A stretch of DNA of 64,000 bases. Source: Candidatus Nomurabacteria bacterium. GTDB lineage: Bacteria > Patescibacteriota > Minisyncoccia > Phycocordibacterales > UBA918. The stretch is from assembly GCA_023898565.1 (NCBI GenBank), contig CP060228.1, positions 696,995 through 760,994 of the forward strand, read 5' to 3'. A program made the position numbers and the translations under genes. This document shows, piece after piece, positions 49,008-56,831 of this stretch (the stretch's first letter is position 1; each line of letters opens with the position of its first letter). The notes below the pieces were generated by a model that worked only from the letters and a program-made list of their open reading frames with translations, did no database searches and was not told where the DNA came from.

Positions 49008-49460
49008 ATGTCATCGCAAAGAAGCCGCTCGCTTATTCCTGGCCAGTATGAAAAGGAAGCGGCAGTTAGGCAAAAGATTCAAACGATATTTGCTGAACGC
49101 GGTTATTTCGGTCCAGCAAGTGTACTGTTGTGCATGTCATTTCCAACTGCAACGGGTGTGCCACTTCAGTATGATCAGTTCTTTAGTATACATCGAGGAT
49201 TGGAGCGAGAGATTGTTGAGCGCTACTTGGCTGCTATGTCGGTCGCGTTGGCTGAGCATAAAAATCAAGGAGGATTAGTGCTAGGTAAGAATTTTTCGCT
49301 CGTTGGTCTACGTCGTGTATGCTTTGAGAATAAGGCGCCGGTACAAGTACACCTTGTCATGTGGCTGCCGGACATCGATGCTGATCTTCAGGAAATCATT
49401 GCCGTGGAAGTCTCGAAGAATTTTGGAGCGTTTCTACAAATTGTGTTTCCTGGATTGTAA
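49008..49460 (+). CDS. hypothetical protein (150 aa)
   Basis: SD TAAGGAGTG upstream; hairpin at 49464-49497 downstream. Confidence 0.5.
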   Translation: MSSQRSRSLIPGQYEKEAAVRQKIQTIFAERGYFGPASVLLCMSFPTATGVPLQYDQFFSIHRGLEREIVERYLAAMSVALAEHKNQGGLVLGKNFSLVGLRRVCFENKAPVQVHLVMWLPDIDADLQEIIAVEVSKNFGAFLQIVFPGL

Positions 49461-49463
49461 TGC

Positions 49464-49497
49464 AACCACGCGAACAATTAATCGTTCGCGTGGTTTT
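49464..49497 (+). terminator. hairpin terminator
   Basis: aaccacgcgaacaattaatcgttcgcgtggtttt. Confidence 0.5.
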
Positions 49498-49531
49498 CTG
49501 ATGAACACTGCTTGGTGCTACACTGGTGAGT

Positions 49532-49738
49532 ATGGATTCGAAAACACAAGAACAAATTAATGAAATTGAACGAAAAGTGGCAGCAATATATGTTTCCGTT
49601 GAAAAGACTCGTAAATACATGCTCATAACAGCGTGGGTAACCTTGGCAGTTATTGTCTTGCCCTTGGTCGGACTTTTGTTTGCTGTTCCAGCACTCATTA
49701 AAACGGTCACAGAGGCAAGTTCCTTAATGCAGTTTTGA
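49532..49738 (+). CDS. small membrane protein (about 69 aa)
   Basis: TGCTACACT -10-like box 8 nt upstream of the ATG; single C-terminal TM helix. Confidence 0.3.
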   Translation: MDSKTQEQINEIERKVAAIYVSVEKTRKYMLITAWVTLAVIVLPLVGLLFAVPALIKTVTEASSLMQF

Positions 49739-49778
49739 TGTGGTACTCTAATGAGGGATAACCGCAAAGGAGATTGTC

Positions 49779-50045
49779 ATGGATATGCCAGTTTCGACGC
49801 TGCGTATGCAGCATGTCAACCCGTTCAAGCTTACTGGGCAAAGCTTGTGTGTCATCAGTTCATTTTCGACGCTGCCGGAAGAATCGGTCATCGAGGGCTT
49901 ATGGCGAAAGTGTTGCCCGAAGTTCGGTCACCTTTTTCCACTCACGGTCTTTGAACATGCGGGTACACGCTGCCTGGTGGTGGTTCCATCTGGTACTCGA
50001 AAGCGTGAACGACACAACTTTCTCGAGGCGCTTCAAGATGCGTAA
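49779..50045 (+). CDS. small hypothetical protein (88 aa)
   Basis: SD AAGGAG 7 nt upstream; terminator at 50052-50077. Confidence 0.45.
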   Translation: MDMPVSTLRMQHVNPFKLTGQSLCVISSFSTLPEESVIEGLWRKCCPKFGHLFPLTVFEHAGTRCLVVVPSGTRKRERHNFLEALQDA

Positions 50046-50051
50046 ACCTCC

Positions 50052-50077
50052 AAAGGCTGCCAAAAGGCAGCCTTTTT
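50052..50077 (+). terminator. intrinsic terminator
   Basis: aaaggctgcc-aaaa-ggcagccttttt. Confidence 0.65.
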
Positions 50078-50139
50078 AATATGTGCAGCGTGTGCTATTC
50101 TCGTGGCAGTTTTGTTTCTTTTGTTGATGAGGACGTGTC

Positions 50140-50421
50140 ATGTCTGTATGTAATTGGCGGTATGAATACGTAGTGTCGCAAGTGACTGATGTGAGCTTTG
50201 AATATTTGTTTGCAGTAGTTGGTGTGCCGATTGAGTATCGTCTGGAGCACCCTGCATACGACCGAATTAGAAATATTTTTTCAATTTGCGTCGATGTACC
50301 TGCGTGGCAAGTGCAAGTTTCGTCTCGGCCGATTGGCGGGGTATACACACTTGTGTGTAACATTGCCAAAACAGGTTTTCGAAGAAGAATTTCAGGATGT
50401 GTTGAAGTTCATGCACCGTGA
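50140..50421 (+). CDS. small hypothetical protein (93 aa); the alternative overlapping frame 50219..50482 is equally possible
   Basis: Weak SD GAGGA; two overlapping open frames, neither with a recognisable family. Confidence 0.2.
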   Translation: MSVCNWRYEYVVSQVTDVSFEYLFAVVGVPIEYRLEHPAYDRIRNIFSICVDVPAWQVQVSSRPIGGVYTLVCNIAKTGFRRRISGCVEVHAP

Positions 50422-50586
50422 TGCTCGCTGTGCGAAGGTGCGGTCGCTCGCGAAGGTTCGACGTCAAGTTGAGCTGGGCTGAGCATCTTTACAAACAAAA
50501 AGCATGTGCTACACTATGACTAGTGACGTCTGAGCTCTTTTCCGCGCCTCTGGTGCGTAGCTCCGGCAGGGTCACTGACCTCCAAC

Positions 50587-50615
50587 GCCCGTCGCAATTG
50601 CGACGGGCTTTTTTT
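50587..50615 (+). terminator. intrinsic terminator ending a roughly 100-nt ORF-less transcription unit
   Basis: gcccgtcgc-aatt-gcgacgggcttttttt. Confidence 0.65.
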
Positions 50616-50667
50616 ATTTGCACGGCATTCATTTTTTATTGAACCACCAGTGATACAATGAACCAGT

Positions 50668-51261
50668 ATGCAATTTTTTGGATTGATTTCATTACTCCTT
50701 AGTTTGGTAGTAGTTGGATGGTGGTTTGTGAGTGCGGTTCCGGCTCATGCGCCGGAGGAGAGCGCCTTCTCTGAAGCTTCATCGCAAACTAGAGTAGATC
50801 CGGCAATTAAGGCACACATAGCAGCTAAGGCTGATCTTATTCAGCTTGCGGTGCCAGTGGTGAATGATGTTATTGCTCGTCCACTCGTTGTAAGTGGGGA
50901 GGCGCGCGGGTACTGGTTTTTTGAAGCGAGTTTCCCGGTGGTGCTGACAGACTGGGACGGTAAAATTATTGCAGAGTCATATGCGACGGCGGCTGGGGAT
51001 TGGATGACTGAGGATTTTGTGCCGTTCACTGCTACAGTAGATTTTACAAGCCCCTATCACGCCGGTGATCCGGACTTTATGCGCCGCGGTACACTTATAC
51101 TCAAGCGTGACAATCCATCTGGCTTGCCCGAACATGACGATGCGTTAGAAATTCCTGTTTTATTTGAGAACAGCTCAGTAACAGAGCCGGTTGGGCAGCG
51201 CGATACGTATAGTGAAGCAATTGATGTAGCTGAGGAAGCTGCTGAACTCATGAGTAGATAA
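50668..51261 (+). CDS. Gmad2-type immunoglobulin-like domain protein, membrane-anchored
   Basis: N-terminal TM. VSGEARGYWFFEASFPVVLTDWDGKIIAE...GDWMTEDFVPFTATVDF matches the Gmad2 Ig-like pattern. Confidence 0.5.
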   Translation: MQFFGLISLLLSLVVVGWWFVSAVPAHAPEESAFSEASSQTRVDPAIKAHIAAKADLIQLAVPVVNDVIARPLVVSGEARGYWFFEASFPVVLTDWDGKIIAESYATAAGDWMTEDFVPFTATVDFTSPYHAGDPDFMRRGTLILKRDNPSGLPEHDDALEIPVLFENSSVTEPVGQRDTYSEAIDVAEEAAELMSR

Positions 51262-51321
51262 TTCATTGCTTTTTTTGTTAGGTTGTGGTGAAATGGTACC
51301 CACAACGATTTATTTATATAA

Positions 51322-52302
51322 ATGGAATACTTAATATCCACGGTCTTAGTGCTTTTATCAGGGCTCTTCTCGGGCTTAACACTAGGACTTCTTTCGCTCG
51401 ATACGCAATCACTTCGTCGTCGTGCCAAACATGGCGATAAAGACGCTGCTATCATTTATCCAATTCGAGAAAAAGGTAATTTGCTGCTGGCAACGCTGCT
51501 TTTAGGTAACGTAGCGGTAAACACTACACTTTCTATCTTTCTTGGCACAATTGCTTCAGGTGTAGTGGCTGGTTTTATCGCGACGGGGCTTATTGTGGTA
51601 TTTGGTGAAATTATTCCACAGGCGGTTATTTCTCGCTATGCGCTATGGTTTGGTGCTAAGACAATTTGGTTTACTAAAATTGCCATCGTCTTAGCGTGGC
51701 CAGTAGCGTACCCAATTGCGAAGGCACTCGACTACTTTCTTGGCTCTGAGCTTCCAGTCGTGTATTCACGTAGTGAGTTGATGGATATTATTTCTGAACA
51801 TGAAGATTCAGAGCATAGTACGATCGATGAGGACGAAGAGCGCATTATGCACGGTGCACTGCAGTTCTCCCATCTGTCTGTCCGTGAAGTGATGACGCCA
51901 TCTGAGCGGGTAGTATCTTTTGATGAAAACCAACGTCTCAACGACGAATTCTTTGAGGAGGTGTATGAGCACGGGTATTCACGTTTGCCGGTTTATAGTG
52001 GAGACAAAGAGAATATTGTCGGTGTCATGTATGTAAAAGACTTGATTGTTGAGGATGAGAATATTTCAATTAAGGAAACAGAGGGTGCGTTTGATGCAAA
52101 GTTTTTGACGGTGCGGGCGGGGGATAAGCTGGACGTTGTTCTGGGGCGTATGCTGAAGCAACATCAGCATCTTGCCGTTGTGCGCAATCAAGCCAAGCGT
52201 TTTGTTGGAGTCATTGCGCTAGAAGACATTATTGAAGAGATTATCCAACAGGAAATTGTTGACGAAGATGATGAGGATCCGGTGGACAGAGATATTGACT
52301 AA
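51322..52302 (+). CDS. CNNM/HlyC/CorC-family membrane protein (DUF21 domain plus CBS pair)
   Basis: Four N-terminal TM (DUF21); two CBS motifs; acidic C-terminal tail. Confidence 0.75.
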   Translation: MEYLISTVLVLLSGLFSGLTLGLLSLDTQSLRRRAKHGDKDAAIIYPIREKGNLLLATLLLGNVAVNTTLSIFLGTIASGVVAGFIATGLIVVFGEIIPQAVISRYALWFGAKTIWFTKIAIVLAWPVAYPIAKALDYFLGSELPVVYSRSELMDIISEHEDSEHSTIDEDEERIMHGALQFSHLSVREVMTPSERVVSFDENQRLNDEFFEEVYEHGYSRLPVYSGDKENIVGVMYVKDLIVEDENISIKETEGAFDAKFLTVRAGDKLDVVLGRMLKQHQHLAVVRNQAKRFVGVIALEDIIEEIIQQEIVDEDDEDPVDRDID

Positions 52303-52368
52303 CTCGTTATAAATCAGTATTATTTTTACAGGATTTCTGTTGTTTATAATTTTTTGGAGGACTACGTA

Positions 52369-52770
52369 ATGCCAGACGGTGACAGGTCGGTTGTGTGTCA
52401 TGACCAGGACGAGATGGCGCTCAGGCAAGGCTCCAATGGTCGTGTCGTCTTCATTCGAGACCCCGAAGGATGTTGCGAAGAAGTACTGCTTCGTCCTCAA
52501 GATCGCTTAAGGTTAACTAATCTGCCGAAGCGTTTTCGGCAGAGGTACAAGACAGCTGCGTGTGTTGAGTGCTTGTACGTAGTGGCTGAGGGTCAAGCTG
52601 GTATTTTTATCCCGTCCGTGCCAGGTGCGGGACATAATGTGGCAGTGTTACTTGCTAAGCTGGTTATGTATGAAGGAGTACAAATCAAACTGGTAGGAAT
52701 TGCACCGTTTCACTTGCCAAGAAGTGCTTTCGACTGTGCTGTGCCAGGATGCTGGCTTGACCAAACGTAA
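52369..52770 (+). CDS. hypothetical Cys-rich small protein in a GC-rich insert
   Basis: SD GGAGGA 8 nt upstream of the ATG at 52369; own terminator; noticeably higher GC than its neighbours. Confidence 0.45.
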   Translation: MPDGDRSVVCHDQDEMALRQGSNGRVVFIRDPEGCCEEVLLRPQDRLRLTNLPKRFRQRYKTAACVECLYVVAEGQAGIFIPSVPGAGHNVAVLLAKLVMYEGVQIKLVGIAPFHLPRSAFDCAVPGCWLDQT

Positions 52771-52776
52771 ACCAAT

Positions 52777-52800
52777 AACCCGGGTTCTGCCCCGGGTTTT
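52777..52800 (+). terminator. intrinsic terminator (AACCCGGG-ttctgc-CCCGGGTT)
   Basis: 8-bp stem plus T-run; near-duplicate of the terminator at 53361-53391. Confidence 0.6.
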
Positions 52801-52919
52801 GCTTTATGCACGGTAGGCAAGGTTGACATACTAGGCATTTAAAATGTATAGTCACAGGCGGACTTTGGTCCGTTCTTTCTTTTTTTTCAATAACACATTT
52901 GCTTCATTGGAGGTCGTAA

Positions 52920-53345
52920 ATGTCACAAGAAAATGGTTTGGTACATGTCAGGCTTTGTCCCGATCTGCGGACGGATGGGCCGGCCAGAAAACCGCCGCTG
53001 TTTTTGCTCTGCAATCAGGACGGGAAACCGTTCTATGATGAAGAGACCGGTAACTGCCAGGAAGTGATGATCAAAGGCAATGCTCGTCTGCAAGCGGTCT
53101 CGCTTAACGACAGCGTTTCCAGTCGCTATGCCTGGCTTCTGAAAGCGGAAAAGTGCCGGTTGACCCACGTGATCAATGGCCATGGGAACTGGGTGCTCAT
53201 CAGCTCGGAAGCTGGTCGTCGTGAGTTTCGCACGGGCCTTCTGGCTGGCTCTGTCTTCGCGGTTTCTGCTTCAGCCTGGGAGGAACAGCGGCCGCTTCGG
53301 CCTGAGTTCGTGGCTTCCATGATGGACGACATGGCTGCAGCGTAA
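52920..53345 (+). CDS. hypothetical protein (141 aa) in a GC-rich insert
   Basis: SD GGAGGT 6 nt upstream; no family recognised. Confidence 0.45.
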   Translation: MSQENGLVHVRLCPDLRTDGPARKPPLFLLCNQDGKPFYDEETGNCQEVMIKGNARLQAVSLNDSVSSRYAWLLKAEKCRLTHVINGHGNWVLISSEAGRREFRTGLLAGSVFAVSASAWEEQRPLRPEFVASMMDDMAAA

Positions 53346-53360
53346 GCTGTCTGACCTGTT

Positions 53361-53391
53361 TCAAAAAACCGGGGTTCTACCCCGGTTTTTT
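53361..53391. terminator. bidirectional intrinsic terminator (A6-CCGGGG-ttcta-CCCCGG-T7)
   Basis: Serves the plus-strand gene 52920..53345 and the minus-strand rluB-like gene. Confidence 0.7.
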
Positions 53392-54107
53392 TATGTACCT
53401 TTCAAGCCAAGGTCCCTTAGCATAACATGGAGTTCTTCGGCCTGGATTTTTCGATATTGATTTGGTTTTAGCTTGCCAAGTTCTATGTTCATGATGCGAA
53501 CGCGCTTAAGCGACTGAACCTGATACCCGAGCGCAGCGCACATACGGCGAATTTGGTGCTTCTTGCCTTCAGTAATAGTAAGACGAAAGCGCTTGTCGTT
53601 GCGTGGATTAGCTTCGACTATTGCTGGCTTGGTGCGATAGCCTTCAATGTCCACGCCAGCAGCCATTGCTCTTAAAAACATGCCAGAAACAGCTTTGTCC
53701 ACAGTGACATCGTATTCTTTTTCGTGACCAGATTCAGGATTAAGTAGCGGACCAGTAATTCGACCATCGTTTGAAAGTAGAATTAATCCTTCAGAGTCCT
53801 TATCGAGGCGTCCGATTGGCGCGACGTGTGTAATGCCGTAGTCGTGTGCAAGACGTGAAGCGATGTCTATTTCGCTATCGGCAGGAGAGTGTGTGATGAT
53901 GCCGCGACCTTTGTAGTAGGCGAGGTACGTTTTAGGCTTGGTTTTTCCGATTATTTCTACTTGATCATGCTCAAGAACCTGCTGGCCCATTTCGGCAAGC
54001 TTTCCGTTGATCTTGACTTGTTTTTTGGTTACAAGTTCGTCAGCCTCTCTTCGAGAAGCTACGCCAGTGTGTGCAAGGTATTTATTAATTCGCATTGGGA
54101 ATTCCAT
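53391..54107 (-). CDS. rluB: pseudouridine synthase, RsuA/RluB family, with N-terminal S4 domain
   Basis: S4 motif NKYLAHTGVASRREADELV; catalytic HVAPIGRLDKDSEGLILLSNDG. Confidence 0.8.
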   Translation of the reverse strand: MEFPMRINKYLAHTGVASRREADELVTKKQVKINGKLAEMGQQVLEHDQVEIIGKTKPKTYLAYYKGRGIITHSPADSEIDIASRLAHDYGITHVAPIGRLDKDSEGLILLSNDGRITGPLLNPESGHEKEYDVTVDKAVSGMFLRAMAAGVDIEGYRTKPAIVEANPRNDKRFRLTITEGKKHQIRRMCAALGYQVQSLKRVRIMNIELGKLKPNQYRKIQAEELHVMLRDLGLKGT

Positions 54108-54152
54108 AGGTCGTGATTATGTCATAAAAAATTGTATCTGGCAAACAAAACG

Positions 54153-54178
54153 GTCGACCATGAAATGGTCGACCTTGG
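54153..54178 (-). terminator. hairpin terminator for the upstream minus-strand gene
   Basis: ggtcgacc-atgaaat-ggtcgacc followed on the minus strand by GTTTTGTTTG. Confidence 0.45.
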
Positions 54179-54183
54179 ACTGT

Positions 54184-54495
54184 TCACGAGAGCAGAACCC
54201 CGTGAGTCAGAAAAAGTACGGTGATGTGATTTGACACGGGCGTGTCGCTTGAAAGCCACTTGTAGAACGCCGCGTTGTTGAGCAGGTCATTGATGGTCGA
54301 GCGGGACAGTGGTTGATTCAGCGACCACGCAACCATTTGACACTTTTCTTTAAAAACAGCGTAAAAACGCTGCTTTCGGATAAGCTCGGCGCCAATCGGT
54401 GTTTTCCGCAGGAAGGACTCGTGCAGAAAGTATTCAAGCGGCATGTTCAGAACATCAGTGCTTTGCGTTTGTGCGGTGGTGTACATGTGAACCAC
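54184..54495 (-). CDS. hypothetical protein (103 aa)
   Basis: ORF with a terminator downstream. No family recognised. Confidence 0.3.
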   Translation of the reverse strand: MVHMYTTAQTQSTDVLNMPLEYFLHESFLRKTPIGAELIRKQRFYAVFKEKCQMVAWSLNQPLSRSTINDLLNNAAFYKWLSSDTPVSNHITVLFLTHGVLLS

Positions 54496-54571
54496 CCGTA
54501 AAATTCCGTGTATTTTATACTTTGATTTAATCGATCAGTCAATAGCTCGCACTGTGTGTAGGGCACCTTGT

Positions 54572-55096
54572 TTAAAAGGTGATGGCTGGAGTGTGATAGT
54601 ACTGCAGCTCAGATGGATTAAGATGCGCATCAATAGTCAGTTCATCAGTTTTCATAACAAAGGGCAATTGGGTTACTAGTACTGACAAATCGTCATTCGT
54701 TGCTGCTGTGTCGGTGAGTGTAGTGAGGACGTAGAGCGTAAATGTTGCGCTGCTACCAGCAGGCACGTGGTAGGTGTTGTTAATTATTGTAACGTTTGTA
54801 TCTTTGGTTAAAACCAGACCATTGGTAATACTGTTGTCTATCGGTTTGTTATCTGAAAGTAGTTGATAGGTAAGTATAAGCGCATCAGCATCGGCACTGT
54901 CTCGGAGGGCACCAATCGGCATGTATACGTCTCGTTTTTCAAGGCCGAATCGATAGGTGATGGTAAAAAGGGCGGTGGTGTCCGTGAGTTTGTAGGCTTG
55001 TTGGTCGGTGGTAAAGTAGGCCTCTGAGCTTTGTGGTGTCCAAAGGGCATAAAAGGCAAATAAGAGCGCGGCAAGTTTCAATTTGTGTGTATTCAT
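54572..55096 (-). CDS. hypothetical secreted protein
   Basis: Signal peptide MNTHKLKLAALLFAFYALWTPQSSEA; Thr-rich beta-like mature region. Confidence 0.45.
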   Translation of the reverse strand: MNTHKLKLAALLFAFYALWTPQSSEAYFTTDQQAYKLTDTTALFTITYRFGLEKRDVYMPIGALRDSADADALILTYQLLSDNKPIDNSITNGLVLTKDTNVTIINNTYHVPAGSSATFTLYVLTTLTDTAATNDDLSVLVTQLPFVMKTDELTIDAHLNPSELQYYHTPAITF

Positions 55097-55122
55097 GTCA
55101 CTATTCTAACTGTACGAACGAT

Positions 55123-55707
55123 ATGGAACAACTACCCAAGCTACCTCCAAGTGATGAGGAATTGGTCAGGAAAACTCTTGACGATAAGCGCTTTTTTGCT
55201 GTCTTGGTCGATCGATACGAAGCAAAGTTGCGTCGGTACATCACGCGACTTGGTGTCCGCGATCCCGAAGATCAGCTGGATGTCTTGCAGGAAATTTTTT
55301 TGAAGACGTATCGCAATCTCAATGGTTTTGATACGTCACTACAGTTTTCTTCATGGATTTACCGTATCGCGCACAATGAAGCTGTGAGTTGGTATCGAAA
55401 GAAAAACGTTCGTCCTGAAGGTCATTTAATTGCAGATAGTGAAGAACTGATTTCATTCTTAAGTGCAAAAGAAGATACGCAGGAGGTGGTCTTCGATAAA
55501 CATATCAATGCACAAGTGGTCAATGACGCGTTGATGAAAATCGACGAAAAATATCGTGAGGTAATCATTCTCCGTTTTTTTGAACACAAAGAATACGAAG
55601 AAATATCAGATATTTTAAAAATCCCCGTTGGATCAGTGGGTACGCTGCTGCATCGGGGGAAGAAGCAGCTGGCACATGCATTAAACCGTGATGCGGTACG
55701 TATATAA
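55123..55707 (+). CDS. RNA polymerase sigma factor, ECF (sigma-70 group 4) type
   Basis: Region 2 LQEIFLKTYRNLNGF...WIYRIAHNEAVSWYRK; region 4 HTH YREVIILRFFEHKEYEEISDILKIPVGSVGTLLHRGKKQL. Start set at MEQLPKL. Confidence 0.75.
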   Translation: MEQLPKLPPSDEELVRKTLDDKRFFAVLVDRYEAKLRRYITRLGVRDPEDQLDVLQEIFLKTYRNLNGFDTSLQFSSWIYRIAHNEAVSWYRKKNVRPEGHLIADSEELISFLSAKEDTQEVVFDKHINAQVVNDALMKIDEKYREVIILRFFEHKEYEEISDILKIPVGSVGTLLHRGKKQLAHALNRDAVRI

Positions 55708-55714
55708 GCAGTAA

Positions 55715-56656
55715 GTGAGTATGGAAACAAACGAAACACAAAAAGGACATCTACTCAAAGAAGCGCTCTTTGCGAGGATTGAGAGTGAAAAAGTCTGTCC
55801 GCGACCAAAGTACATTTTTTGGGGGAAAGAGTGTTCTTTTTGGGTGTTGTGGGGACTTGCCGTTCTTGTGGGCGCTTTGGCGTTTGCTGTCACAATGCTG
55901 GTGACCTTACATGGTCAGTATGCACTCTATGAAGCCACGCACGAAAACTTTTTCACCTTTATGGTGGATGTTTTGCCATATTTGTGGATATTTATTTTAG
56001 GCTTAGTTACGATTGGCGCCGTGTACAATGTCCGGCACACCAAGCGGGGGTATCGGTATCCTGTGTGGATGATTGTTGCGAGCAGCGTTGTGCTTAGTTT
56101 TGCTGGTGGTTCGGCATTACATTACTTTGGTCTTGGGTATCGTCTTGATGAAGTGATGGGGCAGCATTTGGCCATGTATATGTCGCAAGAAAAAATGGAG
56201 CGTGAGCTGTGGCAGGTTCCAGAGCAAGGCCGTCTGGTTGGAAGGTTGGTGTATACCACTGTTGCGCCAACCACCACTGTAGTATTTGAAGATAGTTTGG
56301 GGCAGCGGTGGCGAGTTGAAATGGCTGATTTAACCTCAGCTGATATGGAGCTTTTAGCAAGTAAACAGACCGTACGATTGCTTGGTATGGTTGAAAACGA
56401 GACAGCGTACGTATTTCATGCGTGTGGCGCTTTCCCGTGGATGCTGAGCCCAGAAACTACAGTTGCTGACATGAGTAAGGAGCGAGAAAATTTTGTGCAA
56501 CAGATTGTACGACATCGTGTCGTTCAAGAGCGGTTTGCAGAAGAGGTGCGTGAGGCGGTTGTTGATGAAGCAGGGGAGCGCACGACACCAACGGCAGTGG
56601 TAAAGCGCCGGAATAGTTGCGCTGATCTTGACGTGGTAAAGCGCATGCCTGAATAG
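55715..56656 (+). CDS. membrane protein co-transcribed with the ECF sigma (candidate anti-sigma factor; speculative)
   Basis: 8 nt downstream of the sigma gene; short cytoplasmic N-terminus, 4 TM, soluble C-terminal domain. No recognisable anti-sigma (zinc-finger) motif. Confidence 0.35.
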   Translation: MSMETNETQKGHLLKEALFARIESEKVCPRPKYIFWGKECSFWVLWGLAVLVGALAFAVTMLVTLHGQYALYEATHENFFTFMVDVLPYLWIFILGLVTIGAVYNVRHTKRGYRYPVWMIVASSVVLSFAGGSALHYFGLGYRLDEVMGQHLAMYMSQEKMERELWQVPEQGRLVGRLVYTTVAPTTTVVFEDSLGQRWRVEMADLTSADMELLASKQTVRLLGMVENETAYVFHACGAFPWMLSPETTVADMSKERENFVQQIVRHRVVQERFAEEVREAVVDEAGERTTPTAVVKRRNSCADLDVVKRMPE

Positions 56657-56831
56657 CTCTTGGTTGAGTAGATTCTGTCCCGCGCAAGAAGTCAGACGGG
56701 ATACTATTGCCAAATTTGTTTTTTTGTGTTCTTCTTGATTTGTCTGAAATAAAGGAGTATCATTTGTGTAAGACAGCGTTTTGATGTCAGTACCGAAGTT
56801 CGGTATATTTGTTGGTAAGTTTAATAATGTA

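Noticed and set aside
50516-50615. The ORF-less unit as SRP (4.5S) RNA, tmRNA or RNase P RNA
   Set aside because: It lacks the conserved SRP domain IV sequence (GGAAGCAGCCA-like) and the tmRNA tRNA-like 3' end, and is too short for RNase P RNA. Kept only as an unclassified candidate sRNA or leader.
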